A stretch of DNA of 60,437 nucleotides from an uncultured Gammaproteobacteria bacterium (GTDB lineage Bacteria > Patescibacteriota > Microgenomatia > UBA10105 > UBA927), in NCBI GenBank assembly GCA_964442525.1, contig CAYTZO010000003.1:4721-65157 (forward strand), written 5' to 3'. The notes below the pieces were generated by a model. The model saw only the letters and a program-made list of their open reading frames with translations, had not been told where the DNA came from and did no database searches. A program made the translations under genes and the position numbers. Within the stretch, counting starts at the first letter, position 1. Every line of letters starts with the position of its first letter. Positions 9,007-17,619 of the stretch are shown piece by piece.

Positions 9007-9671
9007 ACGAGTTTGCCGTCACGCAACCGAATAATTCGTTTTGCCCGGGCGGCAACCGTTGGGTCATGAGTAACAAGTACGACCGTGAGCCTTTCTTTTT
9101 TATTAAGTCCCGCAAGAATATCAAGAATTTCACGGCCACTTTTGCTATCCAAATTGCCGGTAGGCTCATCTGCAAGGATAAGTTGGGGAGCCATCATCAT
9201 TGCCCGGACGATTGCCGTCCGCTGCTGTTGTCCGCCGGAAATTTTATTCGGATAGGAGTGTGTTTTATCCGAGAGACCAACATCGCGGAGGAACCGCGCT
9301 GCCCGCTCACCCGGATCAAAGGGGAGGGATCGGCGCGCATACACGGTTGGCAGCAGCACGTTTTCCCCAACGGTCATTTTGGGAATGAGATTAAATTGCT
9401 GGAAAACAAAACCTACGAATTCGCTTCGCAATTGGGAAAGCTGATCATCAGAGAAGTTCTCGACGTTTCTCCCGTTGATGAGAATTTCTCCGTCTGTTGG
9501 TTTATCCAAGAGCCCCACCAGATGCATAAGCGTTGACTTACCCGATCCTGAAGGGCCAGTGATTGCTACAAATTCGCCGCGTTTGATGGTAAAAGAAATG
9601 TCGTTGAGTGCGGTAAATGTTGAATCCTCAGAAACCTGATAGGTTTTTGAGACATGAGCGAGTTCAATCAT
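9003..9671 (-). CDS. ABC transporter ATP-binding protein, MacB/LolD-like
   Basis: Walker [11 protein letters not shown]-loop, signature [11 protein letters not shown], Walker [16 protein letters not shown] 9671 ([11 protein letters not shown]) lies 2 nt after the adaptor gene stop. 4-nt overlap with the permease gene. Confidence 0.9.
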   Translation of the reverse strand: MIELAHVSKTYQVSEDSTFTALNDISFTIKRGEFVAITGPSGSGKSTLMHLVGLLDKPTDGEILINGRNVENFSDDQLSQLRSEFVGFVFQQFNLIPKMTVGENVLLPTVYARRSLPFDPGERAARFLRDVGLSDKTHSYPNKISGGQQQRTAIVRAMMMAPQLILADEPTGNLDSKSGREILDILAGLNKKERLTVVLVTHDPTVAARAKRIIRLRDGKLV

Positions 9672-10677
9672 AAATCGTCTCGCCTGCACTAACTCCCTTG
9701 GTAATTTCGACAAGGGTATCCGATTCGAGTCCGGTTTCCACAGCGGACCTCTGAAGCGTTCCTTTGATTTTTTTGTACACGAACTTCCCCGAAGCGTCTT
9801 CTTTGAGGAATTCTTTGGGAATTGCTAAAACCGCCGGTTTTTCGTTTATCACAAACGTGGCGTCTGCCGTCATGCCGATTCTGTAGGAGTAATCGGTATT
9901 ATCGGTCGGAAGCTTCACTTTTACTTCGTACACCGTGCTGGTTTCCCCGGCTTTTGGCGTAAATCCGATTGTCTCTATTGATCCTTCGACGTGTTGATCT
10001 GGGTATGCGTCAAATACCACGTCGGCTTTCATGTTCCCCGTGAGTCTTGTTACTTCTGTCTGGTCTGCAAGAACGGAAAGATAGACGGAGGCGGGATTAA
10101 CGACATCAATTTCACTTGTTGCCGGAGTGACGTTTACGCCGGGAACGAGCGGATTTACCGCCGTGACAACGCCGGCAATAGGAGTGACAAGGCGGGAAAA
10201 TTCGACGGCAAGATTTTGGACTTCAACGTTTAACACCGCATTATTCAGATCAAACTGGGATTTTTCCAGGATGCGCTTCAGGTTGTCGGTCAGGATTTTC
10301 CCCTCATTGTCCTGGCGAAGCTGTTCGAAATCCCATCGGGTTTTCATATAACTATTGAGCTGTTCTTCGAGAGTTTTTTGGACCTGACGCTGGTCCAGTG
10401 TTGCGAGTACCTGGTACGAACTAACCGTATCTCCTGGTTTTACACCGACCCATGCAAGGCGGCCGGAGGCCTGAAACTGAAGCGTGGCCTTCTCCTTTGC
10501 ATCAATAGTGCCCGAGAGCGTTAACGTCTGACGGAGATCCCTTGAGGACACCGTATACCGGGCGGTTTTTTTGGCCGGCTTGAGGGAGGACGGAAGTCTC
10601 GCGGCAAGAATCAGGACCACGATGATGGTTCCGGTTATAATCCAGCGATTCTTGAGCCATGAGGAAAGTCTTTTCAT
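9664..10677 (-). CDS. HlyD/MacA-type membrane-fusion (periplasmic adaptor) protein
   Basis: N-terminal TM anchor, lipoyl-like and coiled-coil hairpin segments, beta-barrel C-terminus. It is the first gene of the adaptor-ATPase-permease operon. ATG 10677 preferred over TTG 10695. Confidence 0.8.
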   Translation of the reverse strand: MKRLSSWLKNRWIITGTIIVVLILAARLPSSLKPAKKTARYTVSSRDLRQTLTLSGTIDAKEKATLQFQASGRLAWVGVKPGDTVSSYQVLATLDQRQVQKTLEEQLNSYMKTRWDFEQLRQDNEGKILTDNLKRILEKSQFDLNNAVLNVEVQNLAVEFSRLVTPIAGVVTAVNPLVPGVNVTPATSEIDVVNPASVYLSVLADQTEVTRLTGNMKADVVFDAYPDQHVEGSIETIGFTPKAGETSTVYEVKVKLPTDNTDYSYRIGMTADATFVINEKPAVLAIPKEFLKEDASGKFVYKKIKGTLQRSAVETGLESDTLVEITKGVSAGETIYD

Positions 10678-10747
10678 ATCATATCTCGATACCAAGCTCT
10701 CTACGGCTTTGTGAAGACCCTATTATACTTCAAATGGGGGAAAAATA

Positions 10748-11374
10748 CTATAGGGCAGAGTTGTTTTTCAATGCAGTTGTGACAAAGACAGTGCGGTGAA
10801 AATAGGTAGATCCGTGGGTTCTGATGGCGACAAGGTGTCCCGCGGTGCCATACCCTGCGTTTGATCGCCATCGGTAATGGGGAAATTGTTTATGGAGTGC
10901 ATCCATGATTTTGTCGCGTTCGACTTTGGCAACAATTCCCGCGAGGATGACTTCTGGAACGGTCGCATCGGCGTCGACGACAGAGTAAATTCTTGACGTT
11001 TTGCCGGTAATTCTTCCGAGTTTAAGTCTGCCGTCAACAATGAACCGATCGGCAAGGGTGAGTCTGATGAGTGTCCGAATTGCTTCTCGGTTCGCCCTCC
11101 CAATGCCACGGTTATTGATTTTTCTGGTGGAAATAACTTCGAGGGCAATATGCGCTTTTGCCCGCTTGAGTGCTTTGTAAATTTTTTTTCGTTGCTTTGG
11201 GCTAAGGAGCTTCCCATCCCGTACTTTTACTTTTGCCCTTCTTGATATTTTTTTCACCGTGCAGAATGGCAAGGTCACGGCTGCAGCTACGAGCGGTCCG
11301 GCAAGCGCGCCTCGGCCTGCTTCGTCGATGCCGCAGATAATATCTTTTCTGCCCTTGCTTTCCATTTGATGCAT
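10748..11374 (-). CDS. rnhB: ribonuclease HII
   Basis: GIDEAGRGALAGPLVAAAV catalytic motif plus C-terminal HYRWRSNAGYGTAGH. Confidence 0.9.
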   Translation of the reverse strand: MHQMESKGRKDIICGIDEAGRGALAGPLVAAAVTLPFCTVKKISRRAKVKVRDGKLLSPKQRKKIYKALKRAKAHIALEVISTRKINNRGIGRANREAIRTLIRLTLADRFIVDGRLKLGRITGKTSRIYSVVDADATVPEVILAGIVAKVERDKIMDALHKQFPHYRWRSNAGYGTAGHLVAIRTHGSTYFHRTVFVTTALKNNSAL

Positions 11375-11385
11375 TATACTCCTAA

Positions 11386-11414
11386 TTGCAATTTGCCTTT
11401 TTTCACCCTACGAT
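11386..11414 (+). promoter_or_regulatory. candidate promoter: TTGCAA, 17-nt spacer, TACGAT
   Basis: Lies in the 49-nt divergent intergenic region between rnhB and the DsbA-like gene. Nine nt separate the -10 from ATG 11424. Confidence 0.3.
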
Positions 11415-11423
11415 AGGAATGCT

Positions 11424-12224
11424 ATGGCCGAAAAAGTGAAAAGTCCTGTACCACAAATAATTTTATGGGTTCTTCTCACTATCTCCGCGTTTCTTCTGGG
11501 TTCGCTTTACACGAAGGTGCAATACCTAAAAAACAAGAACGCTAAAACTCCCGAGGAAACTCAGGTTACACAACAGGTGCGACCGGCGCAGTCCGCAGTT
11601 TCCCTTGACCAAGTAAAAGACGCCTTCAATAAAAGTTTTGTAAAGTTTGGTGATACGCAACGGAAAATGGTGCTTATCGAGATAGGCGATCCCAGTTGTC
11701 CCTATTGTCATGTCGCCGCGGGACTTGACGGGGAACTGAATAAACAGATGGGCACGCAGTTTATGTTGGTAGCGGACGGGGGAACGTACGTGGCTCCGGT
11801 CCCCGCGATGCGCAAATTTGTTGAGTCCGGCAAGGCCGCGTTTGCATACCTTTATACCCCCGGACACGGGAATGGAGAAATGGGCATGAAAGCGCTTTAC
11901 TGCGCATTTGATAAAGGAAAGTTTTGGGAAGTTCACGACGTTCTTATGACCAAAAGCGGCTACAGCCTCCTCAACGACACCGTACGAAACGACAAAACCA
12001 AGTCCGGTGAACTTGCAGATTTCCTCAAAAGCGTCTTCGATCCGGCTCAGATGAAAGCCTGTTTAGAAAGCGATAAGTATGATGCGAGACTTAGAGAAGA
12101 CATAAGGCTCTCGAGTGTTTTGGGAGTCACCGGTACCCCCGGCTTTTTTATTAACGAGACGCTTTTTGCCGGCGCATATAGTTATAAAGATATGGAGCCG
12201 GCCTTTACTGCCGCTTTGAAGTAG
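11424..12224 (+). CDS. membrane-anchored DsbA-family thiol:disulfide oxidoreductase
   Basis: N-terminal TM helix, thioredoxin-fold active site CPYC, C-terminal GVTGTPGFFIN cis-Pro loop region. Confidence 0.8.
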   Translation: MAEKVKSPVPQIILWVLLTISAFLLGSLYTKVQYLKNKNAKTPEETQVTQQVRPAQSAVSLDQVKDAFNKSFVKFGDTQRKMVLIEIGDPSCPYCHVAAGLDGELNKQMGTQFMLVADGGTYVAPVPAMRKFVESGKAAFAYLYTPGHGNGEMGMKALYCAFDKGKFWEVHDVLMTKSGYSLLNDTVRNDKTKSGELADFLKSVFDPAQMKACLESDKYDARLREDIRLSSVLGVTGTPGFFINETLFAGAYSYKDMEPAFTAALK

Positions 12225-12726
12225 GTTTTTTGCCGGTCTTTTTGGGCACGCGGTTTCCGTTCAGGCGATAGGCATGGGTAAGGGCAATAGCGAGTGCATC
12301 GGCGGTATCGTCGGGTTTCGGAACAGTCTTGAGCTTGAGAAGTTTCGTCACTTGTTTTTGTACGTCTTTTTTATCTGCCCTGCCGTTTCCGCAGATTGTG
12401 AGCTTCACCGAAGGGGGCGAATAGGAAGAAACCGGGATATTGTGGTACGCTGCAGCCAGAAGTACCACGCCCCGGGCTTGCCCGACCGCCATAACGGTTT
12501 TGGCATTGGTCGCAAAAAACAGCTCTTCAAGGGAAAGGAAGTGAGGTTTGTGCCGTCCGAGGAGACTGACTAATTGTTTGTAAATGAGAAGAAGTCTAGC
12601 CTGAGGGCTTTCAGTTTTCTCCGTTTCGATACAGCCATATGTTTTTGCAACCGTTTTTTTTCCTGCTGTCTCGATTACTGCCCAGCCAACCCGTGCGGTT
12701 CCCGGATCGACACCAAAGATAATCAT
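12205..12726 (-). CDS. ruvC: crossover junction endodeoxyribonuclease RuvC
   Basis: MIIFGVDPGTARVGWAV.., ..SLEELFF.., ..DDTADALAIALTH catalytic acidic residues. The 3' end overlaps the convergent DsbA-like gene by 20 nt. Confidence 0.9.
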   Translation of the reverse strand: MIIFGVDPGTARVGWAVIETAGKKTVAKTYGCIETEKTESPQARLLLIYKQLVSLLGRHKPHFLSLEELFFATNAKTVMAVGQARGVVLLAAAYHNIPVSSYSPPSVKLTICGNGRADKKDVQKQVTKLLKLKTVPKPDDTADALAIALTHAYRLNGNRVPKKTGKKPTSKRQ

Positions 12727-12789
12727 ACGTATCGTAGTCTACCATTCAAACGTGAAGTTTTCCATTGGGCAGAGTATACTGAAAGGTAT

Positions 12790-13161
12790 ATGGACGTACG
12801 ATTTATTCTTGTTGCAGCGGTCAGCGCCGCTATCGTGTCAATGACCAGCCTCGCGTGGCCGAAGTTTACGTCCAAACCCCGGCCGCAAGCCATCCAGGCG
12901 GTCCGTGATTTTGTTATCAGGACTCCTGCCGGCCAACAGCTTTCCAGTGTCCTGGGCGTTACCGATGAGTCCAACGTGCAGCCCGTGAGCATTTCCGTAG
13001 TGGCAGGCAACTTAGCAGGGACAGCAGTATCTGCCCTAACTCAGAAAGCACAAAATGTTGTCATAACGCAGGCAACCAATGAAATTGCCAAACAGTACGA
13101 TGCTCTTTCCCCGGATCAAAAGCGGGTTTTAGAAACGATTATCTGTAAATCGACTCCGTAG
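12790..13161 (+). CDS. hypothetical membrane-anchored protein
   Basis: ATG 12790 ([21 protein letters not shown]...) follows the ruvC start. The longer track ORF (12574) would be antisense to ruvC. No recognisable domain. Confidence 0.4.
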   Translation: MDVRFILVAAVSAAIVSMTSLAWPKFTSKPRPQAIQAVRDFVIRTPAGQQLSSVLGVTDESNVQPVSISVVAGNLAGTAVSALTQKAQNVVITQATNEIAKQYDALSPDQKRVLETIICKSTP

Positions 13162-13214
13162 GACACCAAACCCGCACCCGCTTCCTTTTTTCAATCAAAC
13201 AAAGCCATTTTTCA

Positions 13215-13223
13215 TGGTACAAT
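13215..13223 (+). promoter_or_regulatory. extended -10 box TGG-TACAAT, 6 nt upstream of the prfB ATG
   Basis: TGnTAnAAT pattern at 13215-13223. ATG at 13230. No purine-rich SD in the 6-nt gap (GGCTTC). Confidence 0.4.
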
Positions 13224-13229
13224 GGCTTC

Positions 13230-14240
13230 ATGAATGAAGCGGTACAACTTCGTGCCCGAGAGATTCTTTTGAAACTTGATCTTGACGGGAAGCGAAAGAC
13301 CATCCGGGAGCTTGAGGCGTTATCAGCCCACCCTGACTTCTGGAAAGATTCGCGCGCTGCAGCCGAAAAAATGAAGGAGCTTGCGGCAATGCAGAAAGAG
13401 CTTAGTGAGGGGGAACAGTTAGAAAAGCTTATTGGGGCCGGAGATGAAGCCGCTTTAAACAGAGAAGTGGACAGACTTGAGTTTGCCGTGTACCTCTCTG
13501 GCCCGCACGATAAGAGTGGTGCAATTTTGGCTGTTCATGCCGGACAGGGGGGTACAGAGGCTATGGATTGGGCGGCAATGCTTCTGCGTATGTATAGCCG
13601 CTACGTGGAACGCAAAGGATGGGAGCAAGAAGAGATAGATAAAACCGTAGGCGATGAAGCCGGTATCAAAAGTGTCACGCTCGAGATTATGGGCAGGTAT
13701 GCCTATGGTTTCCTCAAAGCAGAAGCAGGCGTACATCGCCTGGTGCGGCAATCACCCTTTAATGCCGATAAGCTGCGTCAGACCTCGTTTGCCATGGTCG
13801 AGGTGTTGCCCATTGTCGAAGAGGATGGCGAGATGCCCGTAAAAGAAGACGATCTCGAGTGGGATTTTTTTCGGAGCGGCGGGAAGGGAGGACAAAACGT
13901 CAATAAAGTTTCAACAGCCGTGCGCCTTCGCCACAAGCCTACGGGCATAATTGTGACGAGTCAGACGCAGCGATACCAGGGGCAAAATCGCGAGTATGCA
14001 CTCAAAATTTTACGAGCAAAGCTTTGGGAGATAGAAGAGCAAAAACGTTTAGCCCACGAGCGAGAACTCAAGGGGGGGTACAAAACCCCCGGATGGGGGA
14101 ATCAAATTCGTTCCTATGTACTTCATCCGTATCATATGGTGAAAGATCTGCGCACAAACCACGAAACGAACAACACAGAAAGAGTGCTCGACGGCGATAT
14201 TAACGATTTTATCATGAGCTACTTGAAAAAAGTTGCATAA
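13230..14240 (+). CDS. prfB: peptide chain release factor 2, encoded in a single frame
   Basis: RF2-specific SPF tripeptide (RQSPFNA), GGQ motif ([12 protein letters not shown]) and the RF-1/RF-2 signature region. The N-terminus [11 protein letters not shown] aligns with the segment that spans the frameshift site in frameshift-containing prfB genes. Confidence 0.95.
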   Translation: MNEAVQLRAREILLKLDLDGKRKTIRELEALSAHPDFWKDSRAAAEKMKELAAMQKELSEGEQLEKLIGAGDEAALNREVDRLEFAVYLSGPHDKSGAILAVHAGQGGTEAMDWAAMLLRMYSRYVERKGWEQEEIDKTVGDEAGIKSVTLEIMGRYAYGFLKAEAGVHRLVRQSPFNADKLRQTSFAMVEVLPIVEEDGEMPVKEDDLEWDFFRSGGKGGQNVNKVSTAVRLRHKPTGIIVTSQTQRYQGQNREYALKILRAKLWEIEEQKRLAHERELKGGYKTPGWGNQIRSYVLHPYHMVKDLRTNHETNNTERVLDGDINDFIMSYLKKVA

Positions 14241-14312
14241 CCGCTGATATAAATCTTCCTCAGACTTGCAACCTTCGCGCGAGATTATATACGCAAAAAT
14301 CCTCGTTTACTG

Positions 14313-14340
14313 TTGCAAACCCGAGTTGGTTGAGTATAAT
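14313..14340 (+). promoter_or_regulatory. candidate promoter: TTGCAA, 16-nt spacer, TATAAT
   Basis: -35 at 14313-14318 and -10 at 14335-14340. The 10-mer TGAGTATAAT recurs at 30597-30606. Confidence 0.35.
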
Positions 14341-14830
14341 GGAAATGATCCCTATGGAAAATAAACGCGTCGTACCGCCGGCAGTCAAACAGTCCCAAGA
14401 GGAATTAGTCCGGCCTCTGGATGAGTCGCGCCGTAACCCGTCACAAAACACGCGAGTCGTGATTGGCGGAGTCTATCTCCTGCTGGTCCTGTTGGGCGTT
14501 GGTACGGGTTATCTATTGTCTCAAAAAGCAACGCTTCCCGGCAGTACTTCACAAAAACCGGGATTTATAAAAACCGACACGGTCGTTGGTTCGACCGATA
14601 CCAAAACATTCCGTGATTCTGCAGTTGGCGTGGTCCAGAAGGGCGGCGTAAACGGAGAAGGTACGCACCAGCTTATCCGGGAGGGCGGGCCGTCACAGAC
14701 CGTCTACCTTATTTCATCCGTCGTCGATCTGGATCAGTACGTCGGGAAAAAAGTCAAAGTATTTGGTGAAACGGTAGCCGCCCAAAAAGCGGCATGGCTC
14801 ATGGATGTTGGAAAAGTTGAACTTCAGTGA
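14339..14830 (+). CDS. hypothetical single-pass membrane protein
   Basis: Charged N-terminus, one TM helix (VVIGGVYLLLVLLGVGTGYLL), about 100-aa extracytoplasmic domain. The start is uncertain (ATG 14339, 14345 or 14354) because the -10 box overlaps 14339. Confidence 0.45.
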   Translation: MEMIPMENKRVVPPAVKQSQEELVRPLDESRRNPSQNTRVVIGGVYLLLVLLGVGTGYLLSQKATLPGSTSQKPGFIKTDTVVGSTDTKTFRDSAVGVVQKGGVNGEGTHQLIREGGPSQTVYLISSVVDLDQYVGKKVKVFGETVAAQKAAWLMDVGKVELQ

Positions 14831-14839
14831 AAATCATCA

Positions 14840-15556
14840 ATGATTCGATTTGATCATGTCTCCAAACGATTCGGGCAATCGCTTGCCCTGTCCGATGTAA
14901 CCGTAGAGATCAAAGACGGAGAGTTTGTTTTTCTTATCGGTCCTTCAGGCGCGGGAAAAACGACGTTTTTGAGGCTTCTCATCCGCGACATGCTGCCTTC
15001 CCGGGGCAAGGTATTTGTCGATGATTGGGAAGTGGCAACCATGCCGAAGTCAAAAATATATGTTTTGAGAAGAAAGATAGGCATGATATTTCAGGATTTT
15101 AAGCTCCTTGAGGATCGCACTATTTTTGAAAACGTTGCCCTGGGGCTGGATATTTTAGGAAAAAAATCCTCCGAGATTGCCAAAGGGGTAAAAGATATCC
15201 TTTCCCTTGTTGGGCTTTCGAATAAATATGACATGTTTCCTGCCCAGCTTTCTGCGGGAGAATTACAACGAGTCAGTATCGCCAGAGCCGTTGTCGGCGG
15301 GCCAAGCGTGCTTTTGGCCGATGAACCGACCGGCAATTTAGATCCGGAGACGGCGTGGGGGATACTTGATATTTTGCAAGAGGTGAACAAATTTGGTACC
15401 ACGGTAATTATAGCAACGCATAACGCCAATATCGTTAATCAACTGAAAAAACGGATCCTTGCACTTTCTCACGGGATGCTGGTGCGCGATGAAGTGAAGG
15501 GATCATATCGGCCCGAGAAATCAGCCAGGGGGAAGAAGGATCATGAGAACGCTTGA
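14840..15556 (+). CDS. ftsE: cell-division ABC ATPase FtsE
   Basis: Walker A GPSGAGKTT, signature LSAGELQRVSIARA, Walker [12 protein letters not shown]. Immediately upstream of ftsX. Confidence 0.92.
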   Translation: MIRFDHVSKRFGQSLALSDVTVEIKDGEFVFLIGPSGAGKTTFLRLLIRDMLPSRGKVFVDDWEVATMPKSKIYVLRRKIGMIFQDFKLLEDRTIFENVALGLDILGKKSSEIAKGVKDILSLVGLSNKYDMFPAQLSAGELQRVSIARAVVGGPSVLLADEPTGNLDPETAWGILDILQEVNKFGTTVIIATHNANIVNQLKKRILALSHGMLVRDEVKGSYRPEKSARGKKDHENA

Positions 15557-16439
15557 AACTACATGGACGCACATTCGCCGTTCGCCGTACCAGGCGATTG
15601 CGGCGATCATCACGATGTTTCTGACATTTCTTCTGACCGGTATTTTCTTGCTTGCGGGTGTGGCTTCGACGCTTATCCTCCAGTATTTTGAAAGTAAACC
15701 GCAGATTACGGTATTTTTTGCAGATAAAGCAGGGAAGACCGAAGCGGATGCATTAACACAAAAACTCCAATCTACGGGAAAGGTTGCCTCAGTCAAATAT
15801 GTCTCAAAAGAGGACGCATTGACTATCTACCGGGAACAAAATAAAAACGATCCGCTCCTTCTTGAGATGGTTACGGCGGACATTTTGCCCGCTTCACTTG
15901 AGATTTCCGCGACTGACCCCAAGTTTCTCTCTGACCTCGCTCCCGCCATCAAAGGAGCGGAAGGGGTACAGGAGGTCGTTTATCAAAAGGATGTTGTGGA
16001 TGCGCTCGTTTCCTGGACGAACGCCATCCGCATTATCGGCATCGTTCTTGGCGGGCTTTTGGCGATCGACGCCATCCTCATTACTACCACCGTTATTGCG
16101 ATGAAGATAGCGCTCAAAAAAAGTGAAGTAGAAATTCTTAAGCTCGTTGGTGCAACGCAGGGATATATCCGATCGCCGTTTGTTTTGGAGGGAGGATTTT
16201 ACGGACTGTTTGGCGCGTTCGTTGCCTGGATTGTCATTGTGATACTTGTTATCCTTGCGCGGCCATTTCTTTTGACGTTTTTAGGAACAATACCGCCGCT
16301 CCAGATAGTGTTAGGTTCTCTCACGTCGTCATTTTTTCTCCTGACCATGGGGTCCTTTTTGGGCATTCTGCTCCTGTCGGGATTCCTTTTGGGAAGCATC
16401 GGCAGTCTCATCGCGCTTAGTCGCTACATCAAATTTTGA
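15543..16439 (+). CDS. ftsX: cell-division permease-like protein FtsX
   Basis: TM1, an extracytoplasmic domain (KPQITVFF..VASVKYVSKEDAL..), then a 3-TM FtsX bundle. Overlaps ftsE by 14 nt. Confidence 0.88.
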   Translation: MRTLETTWTHIRRSPYQAIAAIITMFLTFLLTGIFLLAGVASTLILQYFESKPQITVFFADKAGKTEADALTQKLQSTGKVASVKYVSKEDALTIYREQNKNDPLLLEMVTADILPASLEISATDPKFLSDLAPAIKGAEGVQEVVYQKDVVDALVSWTNAIRIIGIVLGGLLAIDAILITTTVIAMKIALKKSEVEILKLVGATQGYIRSPFVLEGGFYGLFGAFVAWIVIVILVILARPFLLTFLGTIPPLQIVLGSLTSSFFLLTMGSFLGILLLSGFLLGSIGSLIALSRYIKF

Positions 16440-16447
16440 GTTCATGC

Positions 16448-17614
16448 ATGGACAAAATCAAATGGTTATTGGTATTGGTTCTCCTTACTTTCCTTTTTCC
16501 CCTGAAGGTTAGTGCCCAACAGGCATGCCAGCAACAGGATCCCTGCATAAGTAAATCCGATTTCAACGAGAAAACCTCCTGCTATGCAAGCGTCGTTGAT
16601 GCCTGCAAGAGTCAGGGTCAGACGCTGTCTGGGCAGATTGACTACTTAAACAATAAGATCAGACTTATCGGTTTACAGATAGCAAATACAAAAGCAGTAA
16701 TCACCAAGCTCTCAGGGGAGATTGGTGATTTAAATGATGAAATTACCCGACTTGAGACAGTTTTGACAAAGCGATCAGAGCTTATTTTGCGTCGTATACC
16801 TGAATCATACAAGCGCGCATCCGTGCCACAGTTCGGACTCCTTTTTTTTAGCAGAGATTTTTCAGATTTTGTTGCAAGACTCAAGTATCTTGTTTCCGTA
16901 GAACAAGAAGACGCAGCGCTCATTTTTCAAGTGAAAGCAACACAAAATAACTACAGTGAACGAAAGCAGATACGGGAGGAGAAAAAGAAGGAGCAGGAAC
17001 AGGCGAAGAATCAACTCGAAGAGCAGAACAATGATCTTACGCAACAGAAACGGACAAAAGATTCGCTCCTGGTCCAGACAAAAGGTCAAGAGGCAATCTA
17101 CCAACAGCTTCTCGTGCAGGCGCTTGCCGAGAAGCAGGCCCTCGAGGGGGCCCTGTTGAGCTCTGTTAGCGTCGGACCAGTAAAAAAGGGAGACCCCATA
17201 GCATTGGTCGGTAACAGCGGTTATCCCGGCTGTTCAACGGGCCCCCATCTTCATTTTGAAGTCCGGAAAAACAACACTTGGACTGACCCCGCAGGCTATT
17301 TATCTTCCAAAACCGTGATTGACGACCAGGAGGGCGGAACATGGACAACCGGTAACGGTTCATGGGATTGGCCGCTTTCGGATCCCATCAGGATTACGCA
17401 GCGTTTTGGTCGAACCCCCTATTCTTGGGTGTATAAATACTCCGGTGGTATCCATACGGGGTATGATATGGTTTCCTCCGCCAGTCAAGTCATCCGGGCA
17501 CCCGCCGACGGGACACTCTATTCGTCCAGCCAGGCCTGCGGCACGAGTGTCATAAAGATTAAATATATCGACCACGGCGGCGGTATTGTCAGTTTCTATT
17601 TGCATGTACAATAG
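16448..17614 (+). CDS. secreted coiled-coil protein with an M23 (LytM-type) metallopeptidase domain whose two halves are in swapped order
   Basis: Signal peptide (WLLVLVLLTFLFPLKVSA) and a roughly 180-aa coiled coil. GNSGYPGCSTGPHLHFEV at nt 17162-17302 precedes FGRTP..GGIHTGYDM..IDHGGGIVSFYLHVQ at nt 17366-17611. Abuts the ftsX stop. Confidence 0.85.
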   Translation: MDKIKWLLVLVLLTFLFPLKVSAQQACQQQDPCISKSDFNEKTSCYASVVDACKSQGQTLSGQIDYLNNKIRLIGLQIANTKAVITKLSGEIGDLNDEITRLETVLTKRSELILRRIPESYKRASVPQFGLLFFSRDFSDFVARLKYLVSVEQEDAALIFQVKATQNNYSERKQIREEKKKEQEQAKNQLEEQNNDLTQQKRTKDSLLVQTKGQEAIYQQLLVQALAEKQALEGALLSSVSVGPVKKGDPIALVGNSGYPGCSTGPHLHFEVRKNNTWTDPAGYLSSKTVIDDQEGGTWTTGNGSWDWPLSDPIRITQRFGRTPYSWVYKYSGGIHTGYDMVSSASQVIRAPADGTLYSSSQACGTSVIKIKYIDHGGGIVSFYLHVQ

Positions 17615-17619
17615 AGGAA

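Noticed and set aside
12205-12224. 20-nt overlap of the 3' ends of the convergent DsbA-like and ruvC genes
   Set aside because: Real, but unremarkable in a compact genome. No hairpin or other signal was seen in the overlap.
12574-12789. N-terminal extension of the hypothetical gene (track ORF starts at 12574)
   Set aside because: The extension is antisense to the ruvC 5' half and is Cys/Phe-rich nonsense. ATG 12790, after the ruvC start, is the plausible start.
13162-13260. Search for the prfB programmed +1 frameshift site (CUU UGA C) and a short upstream ORF
   Set aside because: No such motif or upstream ORF is present. The complete RF2 is in one frame from ATG 13230.
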